DNA of 40,469 nt, from the IMG/VR virus record IMGVR_UViG_3300049924_000013, positions 1-40,469 of that record; one strand, written 5' to 3'. The notes beneath the pieces were generated by a model. That model saw only the letters and a program-made list of their open reading frames with translations, had not been told where the DNA came from and did no database searches. Source of the stretch: a virus (lineage: Duplodnaviria > Caudoviricetes). Shown one piece after another: positions 1 through 8,333 of the stretch. A program made the position numbers and the translations under genes. The number at the start of each line of letters is the position of its first letter. Positions within the stretch are counted from its first letter, which is position 1.

Positions 1-143
1 CTGCACTGTTATGGTGCGCACCAGGTTGGTGCATAGGTAGACTGCACAGTCTAGGCTGTGACTATACCGTTCAGTCACCGACTGCACAGGCTATACAGTG
101 ACTGCACAGTCTAGTATAGGGGGGGGGTGGTAGAGGCTGTGCT
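1..143. repeat. Terminal direct repeat / circular overlap, left copy
   Basis: Matches 40328-40469 except the poly-G run (9 G here, 8 G in the right copy). Confidence 0.95.
2..33. promoter_or_regulatory. Two overlapping NtrC-like boxes (left copy of the repeat)
   Basis: TGCACTGTTATGGTGCG (2-18) and CGCACCAGGTTGGTGCA (17-33) vs NtrC consensus TGCACY-N5-GGTGCA. Confidence 0.6.
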
Positions 144-216
144 GTTGAATTTTGCTGAAGCCTCATAGCCATACGAAAAAGACTGCACAGGCTTTATCAC
201 TGCACAGGCTGCACTG
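38..216 (+). repeat. Cluster of short CTGCACAG/CTGCACTG repeats
   Basis: CTGCACAG at 42, 82, 102, 183 and 200; CTGCACTG at 1 and 209; TAGACTG-CA-CAGTCTA dyad at 38-53. Confidence 0.85.
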
Positions 217-242
217 GATAAAAAAGAGCACAGACTACACAG

Positions 243-259
243 ATTTCACCGTATGAAAT
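243..259. promoter_or_regulatory. Palindrome ATTTCA-N5-TGAAAT (IclR-family-like operator)
   Basis: ATTTCACCGTATGAAAT; the family assignment is by resemblance only. Confidence 0.35.
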
Positions 260-265
260 TAGCTT

Positions 266-284
266 AATGAGAACAGTTCTCAGT
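266..284. promoter_or_regulatory. Fur-box-like 7-1-7 palindrome
   Basis: AA-TGAGAAC-A-GTTCTCA-GT; perfect 7-1-7 dyad resembling the AATGAGAATnATTCTCATT form of the Fur box. Confidence 0.5.
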
Positions 285-296
285 TAGCCCAGGTGG

Positions 297-314
297 TGTT
301 GTTTAAATACAACA
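297..314. promoter_or_regulatory. Operator-like palindrome TGTTGT-N6-ACAACA, copy 1
   Basis: TGTTGTTTAAATACAACA; recurs at 507 and 10079. Confidence 0.65.
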
Positions 315-506
315 ACACAGCTAGGGCCAGCATAAACACACAAAAGAGTGCTATCAATATGTTAAATAACTAAAAGTAATATACAACAAACAAAGAACAC
401 CTAAAAGGCTCTTAAGAGTGTTCTTAATCGATAGTGATGTTAGTGACTACTGACGTAGATTCTAAACACTCTATAGGAGCTTCTATATAGCCTGTGTTAA
501 GTAATG

Positions 507-524
507 TGTTGTTAAAATACAACA
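507..524. promoter_or_regulatory. Operator-like palindrome TGTTGT-N6-ACAACA, copy 2
   Basis: TGTTGTTAAAATACAACA, 19 bp upstream of the -35 at 544. Confidence 0.65.
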
Positions 525-543
525 ACTTAGGTAAAGAAAAGAC

Positions 544-572
544 TTGACATTGGTTTTGTATTTTGGTATAAT
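544..572 (+). promoter_or_regulatory. Consensus sigma70 promoter for the packaging/structural arm
   Basis: TTGACA (544-549), 17 bp spacer, TATAAT (567-572), with an extended -10 TG. Confidence 0.9.
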
Positions 573-683
573 ACCTACTATGTAGTCTTTAACTTCTACG
601 ACAGTAATCATTAAGGTTCTACATAAAGGTTAAATTGACTAAGGGCTGTAAAGACTTCACAGCCTATATAGGGGAATTCCGTC

Positions 684-1043
684 TTGACTCTTGATAGTGG
701 TATAAAAACAACACCTGCTAGAAAAGGCCGTCCACCTAAAGCAGCCATTGAGGCTAAGAAGCATCGTGGCGCTGTAGGCCGTCCTGCAGGAGATGCTGCT
801 CGTATTCAGGAGTTCAAGGCTAGGTTGCTTGGCACAAGCGGTGAGAAGGTTATAAATACCATCCTCCGTAAGGCTCTGGACGACACAGACAAAGACCAGG
901 CAGCAATGCTCAAGATGTGTATTGACCGTATCCTACCTATGTCGGCTTTTGAGGCTGTGAAGAAAGAATCGATGCCTCAGATTAGTATTAACATTACAGG
1001 GCTGCAAAGCCCCTCTGTCTCTGGTGAAGTTGTAGATGTCTGA
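684..1043 (+). CDS. terS: Putative terminase small subunit
   Basis: Small basic protein (RKGRPPK, GRP motifs) directly upstream of and overlapping the large terminase. Confidence 0.65.
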   Translation: MTLDSGIKTTPARKGRPPKAAIEAKKHRGAVGRPAGDAARIQEFKARLLGTSGEKVINTILRKALDDTDKDQAAMLKMCIDRILPMSAFEAVKKESMPQISINITGLQSPSVSGEVVDV

Positions 1044-2298
1044 ACTAAACTTTCAGCTACTCAAATGGCAGCAGAAGGTTTTTTCAGACCGACATAGGTT
1101 TAAAGTGGTGGCAGCGGGTAGACGCTGTGGTAAGTCTAGGTTGGCTGCAGTGACCTTAATCATCAAAGCCTTAGAAGCTCCAGAAGGCTCTGCTGTGTTG
1201 TATGTATCTCCAACACTAGGGCAGAGTAGGCAGATCATTTGGGACTTGTTGATGGACATTGGCAGACCTGTTATTAAGGCTGCACACATCAACAACATGG
1301 ATATCACTCTTGTCAATGGACGTAAGATCCATGTACGAGGAGCAGATAACCCTGACACCCTGCGAGGCTTATCGCTGTACTACGCAGTCCTAGACGAAAC
1401 AGCCTTTATTAAGCCTGACACTTGGGAAAAGATTATCAGGGCTTCGTTGTCTGACAAGAAAGGGGATGCCTTGTTCATCTCCACACCAGACAAGCGCAAT
1501 TGGTTCTATGACCTGTACAAGCTGGGGTTAAGTGGTGACGATGAAGAGTGGGCTGCATGGCACTTTACCACCAAGGATAATGAGACTATAGACCCCAAAG
1601 AGGTTGAAGCGGCTAAACGGACATTGTCCACATTCGCTTTTAAGCAGGAGTATGAAGCCTCCTTTGATAACGCAGGCTCTGACATCTTTAAGCCAGAGTG
1701 GTGGAAAGAGAAAGAAGAACCTAAGACGGGTGACTACATAGTCGCTATCGACCTTGCTGGTTTCTCTGAGGTTGAAGCCTCCAATGCCTCTGCAGCTAAG
1801 AAGCGTCTGGACGAAACAGCCATTGCCATTGTGAAGGTTGAGGATGACGGTAAGTGGTGGGTTGACGACATCATCCACTTTAGAAAGTCTGTAGACGCTA
1901 CAGCCGCTGAGATCTTTAGAGTCATTGCAGAGTATAAACCTCGGATGATAGGGATAGAGAAGGGAATAGCCCGTAACGCTGTCCTAGGGCCTCTAGAAAC
2001 CCTTATGAGGCAGTATAACAAGTGGTGTCACCTTGAGCAGCTTACGCATGGCAACAAAGCCAAGATAGACCGTGTGGTCTGGTCTTTGCAGGGTAAGATG
2101 GAACATGGTCGGGTTTCCTTCAACAAGGAAAAGGACTGGTCAGAGTTTATGGATCAGTTGTGGATGTTTCCAACAGCAGGTGTCCATGACGATATGGTGG
2201 ATGCATTGGCTTACATCTCTCAGCTTGAGACTTCAGCTTATGTCTCAGACTATGAAGAAGAAGACTACGAAGTTGCTGACGTAATAGCTGGCTATTAA
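1036..2298 (+). CDS. terL: Terminase large subunit
   Basis: Walker A AGRRCGKS, Walker B AVLDE, motif III ISTP, RNase H-like nuclease IDLAG...HDDMVDA. Confidence 0.97.
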   Translation: MSELNFQLLKWQQKVFSDRHRFKVVAAGRRCGKSRLAAVTLIIKALEAPEGSAVLYVSPTLGQSRQIIWDLLMDIGRPVIKAAHINNMDITLVNGRKIHVRGADNPDTLRGLSLYYAVLDETAFIKPDTWEKIIRASLSDKKGDALFISTPDKRNWFYDLYKLGLSGDDEEWAAWHFTTKDNETIDPKEVEAAKRTLSTFAFKQEYEASFDNAGSDIFKPEWWKEKEEPKTGDYIVAIDLAGFSEVEASNASAAKKRLDETAIAIVKVEDDGKWWVDDIIHFRKSVDATAAEIFRVIAEYKPRMIGIEKGIARNAVLGPLETLMRQYNKWCHLEQLTHGNKAKIDRVVWSLQGKMEHGRVSFNKEKDWSEFMDQLWMFPTAGVHDDMVDALAYISQLETSAYVSDYEEEDYEVADVIAGY

Positions 2299-2307
2299 GG
2301 AATCTAT

Positions 2308-3066
2308 ATGAGTGTTGTTGGTGGACTATTTAGTGATGTCTTCAAAAGTCAGGGAATGGTTGTCCCTGGTTCTGAAGGCTCTATCGATTGGTCTAAGGCA
2401 GCTGGAATGCCTGCTGACCTAAACTGGTCTGCTATAAAGCCTTTTGAGGTTATAGCACCTATGTCTTGGGCACAGACTAACAAGGATGCTACAGCCCCTG
2501 AAGAGGCTAAGGCTAAATTGGACAGCATAGCCTCTACCGACACCCGTAGTGAGTATCAGAAGTGGCTAGATGGGCAAAGCAGCACAGACGGTAGCCGTGG
2601 TCGGGACAGTGATGGTAAAGGTGGTGTTGCTGGTAACGGTACAAACTTCACTGATGCTCAGTGGGGGTCTATTCGACAGATGAATGATGAGTATGGCTTG
2701 ATGGGTAATCCTGTTAACCAAGCATCTATGAAGGGTTTGTCAGGGTTGTTCACTAAGAACATGAATGATGTATTAGCAGCACAGCCTAACTCTATTGCTG
2801 CCATCAATTCATGGGATGCTATGCAGGCTGCACAGCGGGATGCCTTTGCCAATCCTTATGCTTATGACTCTCCTATCGGGCAGGCACTTGCTGCTGGATA
2901 TGCTCAAGGAGGGCCTAGCATCGGCGCTTACGGCACTCCCACAGCACAGCAGGACACTGTGAATGCTGCTGTTCAAAACAATTCAGACTTCAACTATAGT
3001 TCTAACGGTGTAACAGACGGTAGTGATGGAAGAAGCTACGGCATCAGCGGCAGCGAAGGAGAATAA
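2308..3066 (+). CDS. Hypothetical low-complexity (G/S/A/N/D-rich) protein between terL and portal
   Basis: 252 aa ORF with AAGGA RBS that fills the gap between terL and portal; no recognisable domain. Confidence 0.7.
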   Translation: MSVVGGLFSDVFKSQGMVVPGSEGSIDWSKAAGMPADLNWSAIKPFEVIAPMSWAQTNKDATAPEEAKAKLDSIASTDTRSEYQKWLDGQSSTDGSRGRDSDGKGGVAGNGTNFTDAQWGSIRQMNDEYGLMGNPVNQASMKGLSGLFTKNMNDVLAAQPNSIAAINSWDAMQAAQRDAFANPYAYDSPIGQALAAGYAQGGPSIGAYGTPTAQQDTVNAAVQNNSDFNYSSNGVTDGSDGRSYGISGSEGE

Positions 3067-3067
3067 G

Positions 3068-5122
3068 TTGGAAGAAATTAACACAGCAGAGTTTGCTACT
3101 CCCACTGCCAATGAAATTGAGTTGGTAGCGTGGATTACAGACCACACAGACCGTTGGCGCGACAACCGCAACCAGAACTACTTGAAGTTGTGGGACGAGT
3201 ATGAGCGGATCTTCCGTGGTCAATGGGATTCCTCTGATGCTACACGCAGCACAGAGCGTAGTCGCCTTATGTCTCCAGCGACTCAGCAGGCTGTTGAAAC
3301 CCGTCATGCTGAGATTGTAGAGGCTGTATTTGGATCTGGCGACTTCTTTGACATTGAAGACGATGTCGTAGATGCTAATGGAAGCCCTCTGGACATCGAA
3401 CAGATCAAGAAACGGCTGTCTGAGGACTTCAAGCAAGACAAAGTACGTAAGGCTATTGAACAAATCATCCTGTTGTCTGAGATTTACGGCACAGGTATTG
3501 GTGAAATCATTGTTAAAGAGGCTGTAAAGGTTGTTCCAGCCACTCAAGCCATTCCAGGAATGCCTCAAGCAGCCTTTGGGACGATGGAATCTGACCGCTT
3601 TGCCGTGACGCTGAAGCCTGTCAACCCTAAGAACTTCCTTATTGACCCTAATTCTGACTCTGTTGAAGAGGCAATGGGCTGTGCCATTGAGAAGTTTGTC
3701 TCAATTCACAAGGTTGTGGAGAATATGGAGAAGGGTGTCTATCGCAAAGTCGATATTGGCACTGATTCTGACGATGAAGACCTAGATCCTACACAGGAAA
3801 TCAGCCAATTTAGCGATGATAAGGTCAAAGTCCTCACTTATTACGGTTTAGTCCCTCGTGAGTTGCTGGAATCCATCGACAGTGAAGAAGAAGTTGAAAC
3901 TGTTGACCTTTTCCCTGAAGAATCTACGGCTGATGAGTATTCTGACCTCATAGAAGCCATCATTGTTATTGGCAATGACGGAAAACTGCTTAAGGCAGAG
4001 GCAAATCCCTACATGATGAAGGATCGCCCTGTTGTAGCTTACCAGAATGACATCGTTCCTGGACGCTTTTGGGGCCGTGGAACCGTTGAGAAGTCCTACA
4101 ATATGCAGAAGGCCATTGATGGGCAACTCCGCGCTCATATGGACTCTCTAGCCCTCACCACAGCCCCTATGATGGGTATGGATGCAACGCGCCTTCCTCG
4201 TGGAATGAAGTTTGAGGTAAAACCAGGTAAATCTATCCTTACCAACGGCAATCCTGCTGAAATCCTGATGCCATTCAAGTTTGGCACTACGGATGGCTCC
4301 AACATCACCACTGCACAGAACTTTGAGCGGATGTTGCTGCAGGCTACAGGGACAATGGATTCTAACGGATCTGCATCGCCCACTAGCCGCGATACAGGTG
4401 GTGGACAGGGTATGTCTATGGCTCTGTCTGGGGTCATTAAGAAGTACAAGCGTACTCTAACGAACTTCCAAGAGGACTTCCTAGTCCCGTTCATCAATAA
4501 GTCCGTCTATCGGCGTATGCAGTTTGACTCTGAGCGTTATCCTGCTGTTGACATGAAGTTTGTTGCTACTGCCTCTTTGGGCATCCTTGCTCGTGAGTAT
4601 GAACAGCAGCAATTCATTGCCCTCCTACAGACTCTTGGCCCTGATACCCCTGTCCTTCCTGTCATCCTCAAAGGCATCTTGTCCAACAGTGGCCTGAGCA
4701 ACCGTGAAGAGATGATTGCAGAGCTGGATAAGATGTCTCAGCCCAATCCAGAGGCTCAGGCAGCACAACAGGCTCAGCAACAGAGCTTAATGGCCCTACA
4801 GCAGGCTCAAACTGCCAAGGTGCAGGCAGAGGGTCAACTCGCTGCCGCAGAGGCTCAAAAGGCCGTTGTAGAGGCTCAGTTGGCCCCTGAAGAGACTAAG
4901 GCCAAGGTCTTGTCAGCTATTTCCCGTAACCTGCCTTCTGAAGATGACCAAGCCAACCAAGAGTTTGACCGTAGGGTTAAGGTGGCTGAGTTGATGATGA
5001 AGGAAGAGGAAGTGAAAACCAAGAAGGCTATGGTGGATGTTCAGATGGCTGGTAAAGCCGCTAAGAATGAAGATCAGGCCAAGGTAGATAGCCTCGTTAA
5101 AGCATCAATGGGAGGTGAGTAA
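3068..5122 (+). CDS. Portal protein with long C-terminal Q/A-rich coiled coil
   Basis: Size and position; podovirus portal motifs (YGTGIG, PGRFWGRG). Start moved to TTG 3068 after AAGGAG RBS. Confidence 0.92.
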   Translation: MEEINTAEFATPTANEIELVAWITDHTDRWRDNRNQNYLKLWDEYERIFRGQWDSSDATRSTERSRLMSPATQQAVETRHAEIVEAVFGSGDFFDIEDDVVDANGSPLDIEQIKKRLSEDFKQDKVRKAIEQIILLSEIYGTGIGEIIVKEAVKVVPATQAIPGMPQAAFGTMESDRFAVTLKPVNPKNFLIDPNSDSVEEAMGCAIEKFVSIHKVVENMEKGVYRKVDIGTDSDDEDLDPTQEISQFSDDKVKVLTYYGLVPRELLESIDSEEEVETVDLFPEESTADEYSDLIEAIIVIGNDGKLLKAEANPYMMKDRPVVAYQNDIVPGRFWGRGTVEKSYNMQKAIDGQLRAHMDSLALTTAPMMGMDATRLPRGMKFEVKPGKSILTNGNPAEILMPFKFGTTDGSNITTAQNFERMLLQATGTMDSNGSASPTSRDTGGGQGMSMALSGVIKKYKRTLTNFQEDFLVPFINKSVYRRMQFDSERYPAVDMKFVATASLGILAREYEQQQFIALLQTLGPDTPVLPVILKGILSNSGLSNREEMIAELDKMSQPNPEAQAAQQAQQQSLMALQQAQTAKVQAEGQLAAAEAQKAVVEAQLAPEETKAKVLSAISRNLPSEDDQANQEFDRRVKVAELMMKEEEVKTKKAMVDVQMAGKAAKNEDQAKVDSLVKASMGGE

Positions 5123-5466
5123 TGGCTAGTTTGACTGAAATTGCAGCCAGCGGAGCCTCTATTGAAGTTGTTGTGGAGCTAATGGCTAAACAGATTGAGA
5201 AGCGACTTAAAGCCCTTGAGGGTGGAGGAATGTCCAGTTATGAAAGTAAGACAGAACTTCTATTGGCTGATGTTGTGGCTAATATGTCTAAACTTCAGCC
5301 TATCATCAAAGTTGCGCCATCTACAGCGAACATTACGACACCTCCTGCACAGGTTACAGTGATGGAGAAGGAACCTAAAGAGAAATCTACCAAGTTTACA
5401 ATGACCTTTGAGAGAAATCTTGCAGGGGCCATTGAAAATGCAACCATTGTTAAAACGGAGAACTAA
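5122..5466 (+). CDS. Hypothetical virion-associated protein
   Basis: TAATG coupling to portal, GGAGG RBS; N-terminal helix, P/T linker, short C-terminal beta motif. Confidence 0.7.
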   Translation: MASLTEIAASGASIEVVVELMAKQIEKRLKALEGGGMSSYESKTELLLADVVANMSKLQPIIKVAPSTANITTPPAQVTVMEKEPKEKSTKFTMTFERNLAGAIENATIVKTEN

Positions 5467-5468
5467 GA

Positions 5469-5888
5469 ATGCCAACAGCAAGTTACGTGAAAATCCCCGC
5501 AGCGATTGAGAAGCTGGTCGAGGGTATCAACAGCGGTACAGACCAGTGGGCCATCGCGCTGACCAACAGCGTCCCTGGCAGTGATGCCTTCGTGTCTGGT
5601 ACAACTGACCTAGCAACCTCTGGAGGCTACACCGCAGGAGGGGCTAACGTCAGCACCACATCCAGCGGCATGAATGGCTCAGACTTTGTTCTGGTGCTGG
5701 CAGACCCTGCCGTGTGGACGGCAACGGGTGGTGGCTTCACCTTCCGCTATGCTTTGCTGGTCAACAAGACTGCCAACATCATCCCTGGATATTGGGACTA
5801 CGGTTCATCTCAGGTGGTAGCAGTCGGTGAGACTGTCACGGTTGACCTTGACCAGACCGCCACCGTTGGCGTTTTCAAGATTACCTAA
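5469..5888 (+). CDS. Beta-rich structural protein of a fibre module
   Basis: Resembles widespread ~140 aa phage proteins (GYTAGG...WTA...FRYA...YWDYG...GET) that precede fibre genes. Confidence 0.65.
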   Translation: MPTASYVKIPAAIEKLVEGINSGTDQWAIALTNSVPGSDAFVSGTTDLATSGGYTAGGANVSTTSSGMNGSDFVLVLADPAVWTATGGGFTFRYALLVNKTANIIPGYWDYGSSQVVAVGETVTVDLDQTATVGVFKIT

Positions 5889-6238
5889 TGCCTTACTTAG
5901 CCGACAGGGTTCAAGAGACCACTGCAACAACTGGCACGGGCGCTGTGACGCTTGCGGGCGCTGTTACGGGCTATCAGTCCTTCGCTTCTGGCTTCCCTAA
6001 CGGGGCTTGCGTGGTGCAGTACCTGATTGTCAGTGGAAGCAACTGGGAGGTTGGCAAGGGTACGTTCAACGGCACTACTGGCCTGTCAAGAGACAACGTG
6101 CGCTCAAGCAGCAACAGCAACAACCTGATAACCCTCTCGGGTACGTCAAACGTGTTCTGCACCGCCGCTTCTGAACTATTGGAAAACTCAAACATCGGCC
6201 TGCAATCCGCACAGATTCGCGGCTTGGCAATGCCTTAA
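5888..6238 (+). CDS. Stand-alone fibre N-terminal (DRVxETT) domain protein
   Basis: ADRVQETTATTGTG...WEVGKG...SSSN...VFCT pattern typical of N-termini of environmental phage fibre proteins. Confidence 0.65.
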   Translation: MPYLADRVQETTATTGTGAVTLAGAVTGYQSFASGFPNGACVVQYLIVSGSNWEVGKGTFNGTTGLSRDNVRSSSNSNNLITLSGTSNVFCTAASELLENSNIGLQSAQIRGLAMP

Positions 6239-6247
6239 GGAGAAAAT

Positions 6248-6994
6248 ATGGCAGCGAATAACGACCCCATCTACAGTCGCCGTGGTGCTATCACCCGCGC
6301 AGCATTGCTCAAGACCGCAGCAGCAGACTACACAGGTATCAGCCCATACAACAAGGAAGTGTTTGCCGCTGATGCAACCAACGGAAGCTACTTGCAACGC
6401 CTGCGCTTCAAAGCGTTGGGTACAAACGTGGCAACCGTTGTGCGTATCTACCTGAATGACGGCGACCAAAGCGAGAACTTCGGCGCTGCTATTGGCGCTC
6501 CTACAGGTACGCCATCCGGCACAGGCGGCACGGTATGGGCAGGAACCTACTACGGGATGATTGTCGCCGTTGATGCTGCTGGTCGGCTGACTCCCGTTGG
6601 AACCATCTCCACAGGTGTAGTGGTGACAGGTACGACAGGCTCTATCGCTTGGTCGTGGACTGCGCCGTCCAACGTCAACGTGGTGTCTTACCGTATTTAT
6701 GTCGGTGTCACCAACGCGGTTGAGGCGCTGACCCGATATTTCACCAGCGCGACCAACAGCTACTCGCAGACGACGATGTACACCAATGGCACGTTTGACG
6801 ACTCCGGTGTCGGAAACTCCAAGCTGTACGGCGAACTGACACTGCCTGCCACAACGGCATCGGCAACAGCAGCTACCGTGGACATTGACTACCCCATGAA
6901 CATTGCACTGCCTCCTAATTGGGAGGTCTATGTGGGCCTTGGCACTACGGTGGCAGCAGGCTGGGTTGTCGTTCCAATCGGCGGAGATTACTGA
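6248..6994 (+). CDS. Putative structural/fibre protein, beta-rich
   Basis: AAGGAG RBS; T/G/A/V-rich; central Ig/FN3-like segment (WSWTAP...SYRIY). Confidence 0.6.
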   Translation: MAANNDPIYSRRGAITRAALLKTAAADYTGISPYNKEVFAADATNGSYLQRLRFKALGTNVATVVRIYLNDGDQSENFGAAIGAPTGTPSGTGGTVWAGTYYGMIVAVDAAGRLTPVGTISTGVVVTGTTGSIAWSWTAPSNVNVVSYRIYVGVTNAVEALTRYFTSATNSYSQTTMYTNGTFDDSGVGNSKLYGELTLPATTASATAATVDIDYPMNIALPPNWEVYVGLGTTVAAGWVVVPIGGDY

Positions 6995-7413
6995 TGCAAT
7001 ACATCCTGCTAGACATTGGCTATCAGGAGATTCTTAATGGCTACGTTGTCCGTCACACCGACATGGACGGCAACACCATTTCTCCGCAAGGCTACGGCGG
7101 CACTGTGGTGGACGCAAACCCACCCGCTCCCGCATGGGCGCTTCCTGACCCTGTGGCTGAGGAGCCAGCACCTTACGTCCCTCCCGCACGAATCATCAGC
7201 AAGCTGGAGTACATGAACCGCTTCACTGATGCAGAGCTTCAGACAATCTACTCCACGGCAAAGACTGTGGTGGCTATTGAGGTGTGGCTGGCTAAGTTCA
7301 ACGCCACGACAGACATCGACTTGGATGACCCGCGCACAATATCTGGCTTGGCCTCAATGGAAGATTTTGGACTGATTGCGTTGGGACGGGCGCAGGAGAT
7401 TCTCAGTGCTTGA
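6994..7413 (+). CDS. Putative fibre assembly/chaperone-like protein
   Basis: Start set at ATG 6994 (TGATG overlap); C-terminal RFT..E...IDLDDP...GR..EIL pattern seen in small fibre-adjacent proteins. Confidence 0.55.
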   Translation: MQYILLDIGYQEILNGYVVRHTDMDGNTISPQGYGGTVVDANPPAPAWALPDPVAEEPAPYVPPARIISKLEYMNRFTDAELQTIYSTAKTVVAIEVWLAKFNATTDIDLDDPRTISGLASMEDFGLIALGRAQEILSA

Positions 7414-8329
7414 TTTCAGCCACATCCCTACGCCTTACGGGGCGGCTACGGTTGAGACTTTTGTTGGCTCCGCTACGGTAACTGCGCTGCAATGGCGGAC
7501 ATGGACTAAGCCTCGCGGTAAGTCGATGGCTCATATTCTGTTGGTTGGCGCTGGTGGAAGTGGTGGTACTGGCGTAGTTGGGGCAGCGGGAGGTGGAGGC
7601 GGCGGCGGTTCGTCTGGAGCGCAGGTGTCACTAATGGTCCCTCTATGGGCTATCCCTGACACTCTGTACCTTCAGTTAGCCAACGGCGGCTCTGGTGTCA
7701 TCAGCTATATCTATATTGCCCCTTCTGCAATTGTAGCTAACAACTGTCTCGCTATCGCCGCCGCTGGCGGCGCGGGAGGCAACGCTGCTACTACAACAGG
7801 AGGCACGGCAGGCACAGCGGCGGCTGCTCCTTCTGCCGCTGGTATGCCTTTGGGATGGCAATGGTTAGACTCCGCACTTGCAGGACAAGCAGGCACAGCA
7901 GGCGGTGCAGGAACAACCACAGGCACAGTTGGTGGTGCGCTCACTCTACCTGTCACAGGATTGCTGGTAACAGGGGGCACAGGCGGTGGCGCTTGCCCGA
8001 CCACGGTAGGCGCAGGCACTGCTGGCGGCTTGTTCACTGTCGCAGGAGTATTCCCCGCAAATCCAGCACCCGCAGGCGGCACGGGTACAACTCCTCCTGC
8101 AAACGGCGCACACGGGTACACACCTATTGCCAACCTACTCTACGGCTACGGCGGTACAGGGGGCGGCGGTGTAGGCTCTAACGCCACAGGCGCAGGCCTT
8201 GTGCAGTCGCGTGGTGGCAACGGCGCTCCCGGTTGTGGAGGTGGCGGCATGGGTGGTGGCTTCACAGGCAGCACAGCCGGTAATATTGGTATAGGCGGCC
8301 CAGCCTTCTGCGTCATCACGACATGGTAA
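7406..8329 (+). CDS. Glycine-rich fibre-like protein, paralog A
   Basis: GTG start after AGGAG; WTKPRGKSM..ILLVGAGGSGG glycine-rich domain; ends CVITTW. Confidence 0.8.
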   Translation: MLDFSHIPTPYGAATVETFVGSATVTALQWRTWTKPRGKSMAHILLVGAGGSGGTGVVGAAGGGGGGGSSGAQVSLMVPLWAIPDTLYLQLANGGSGVISYIYIAPSAIVANNCLAIAAAGGAGGNAATTTGGTAGTAAAAPSAAGMPLGWQWLDSALAGQAGTAGGAGTTTGTVGGALTLPVTGLLVTGGTGGGACPTTVGAGTAGGLFTVAGVFPANPAPAGGTGTTPPANGAHGYTPIANLLYGYGGTGGGGVGSNATGAGLVQSRGGNGAPGCGGGGMGGGFTGSTAGNIGIGGPAFCVITTW

Positions 8330-8333
8330 TGCC

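Noticed and set aside
214-230. CTGGATAAAAAAGAG resembling a LexA SOS box
   Set aside because: Only the left half matches; it lacks CAG at the CTG-N10-CAG position.
1-240. Short repeats as a possible mini-CRISPR array
   Set aside because: Repeats are only 8-14 bp with irregular spacing; no constant repeat-spacer period and no cas genes.
3671-3686. Near-miss sigma54 site in portal (minus strand TGGCAC-N6-TTGC); similar near miss at about 37628-37643
   Set aside because: Wrong GG-GC spacing, which is strict for sigma54; the portal one is also antisense inside a gene.
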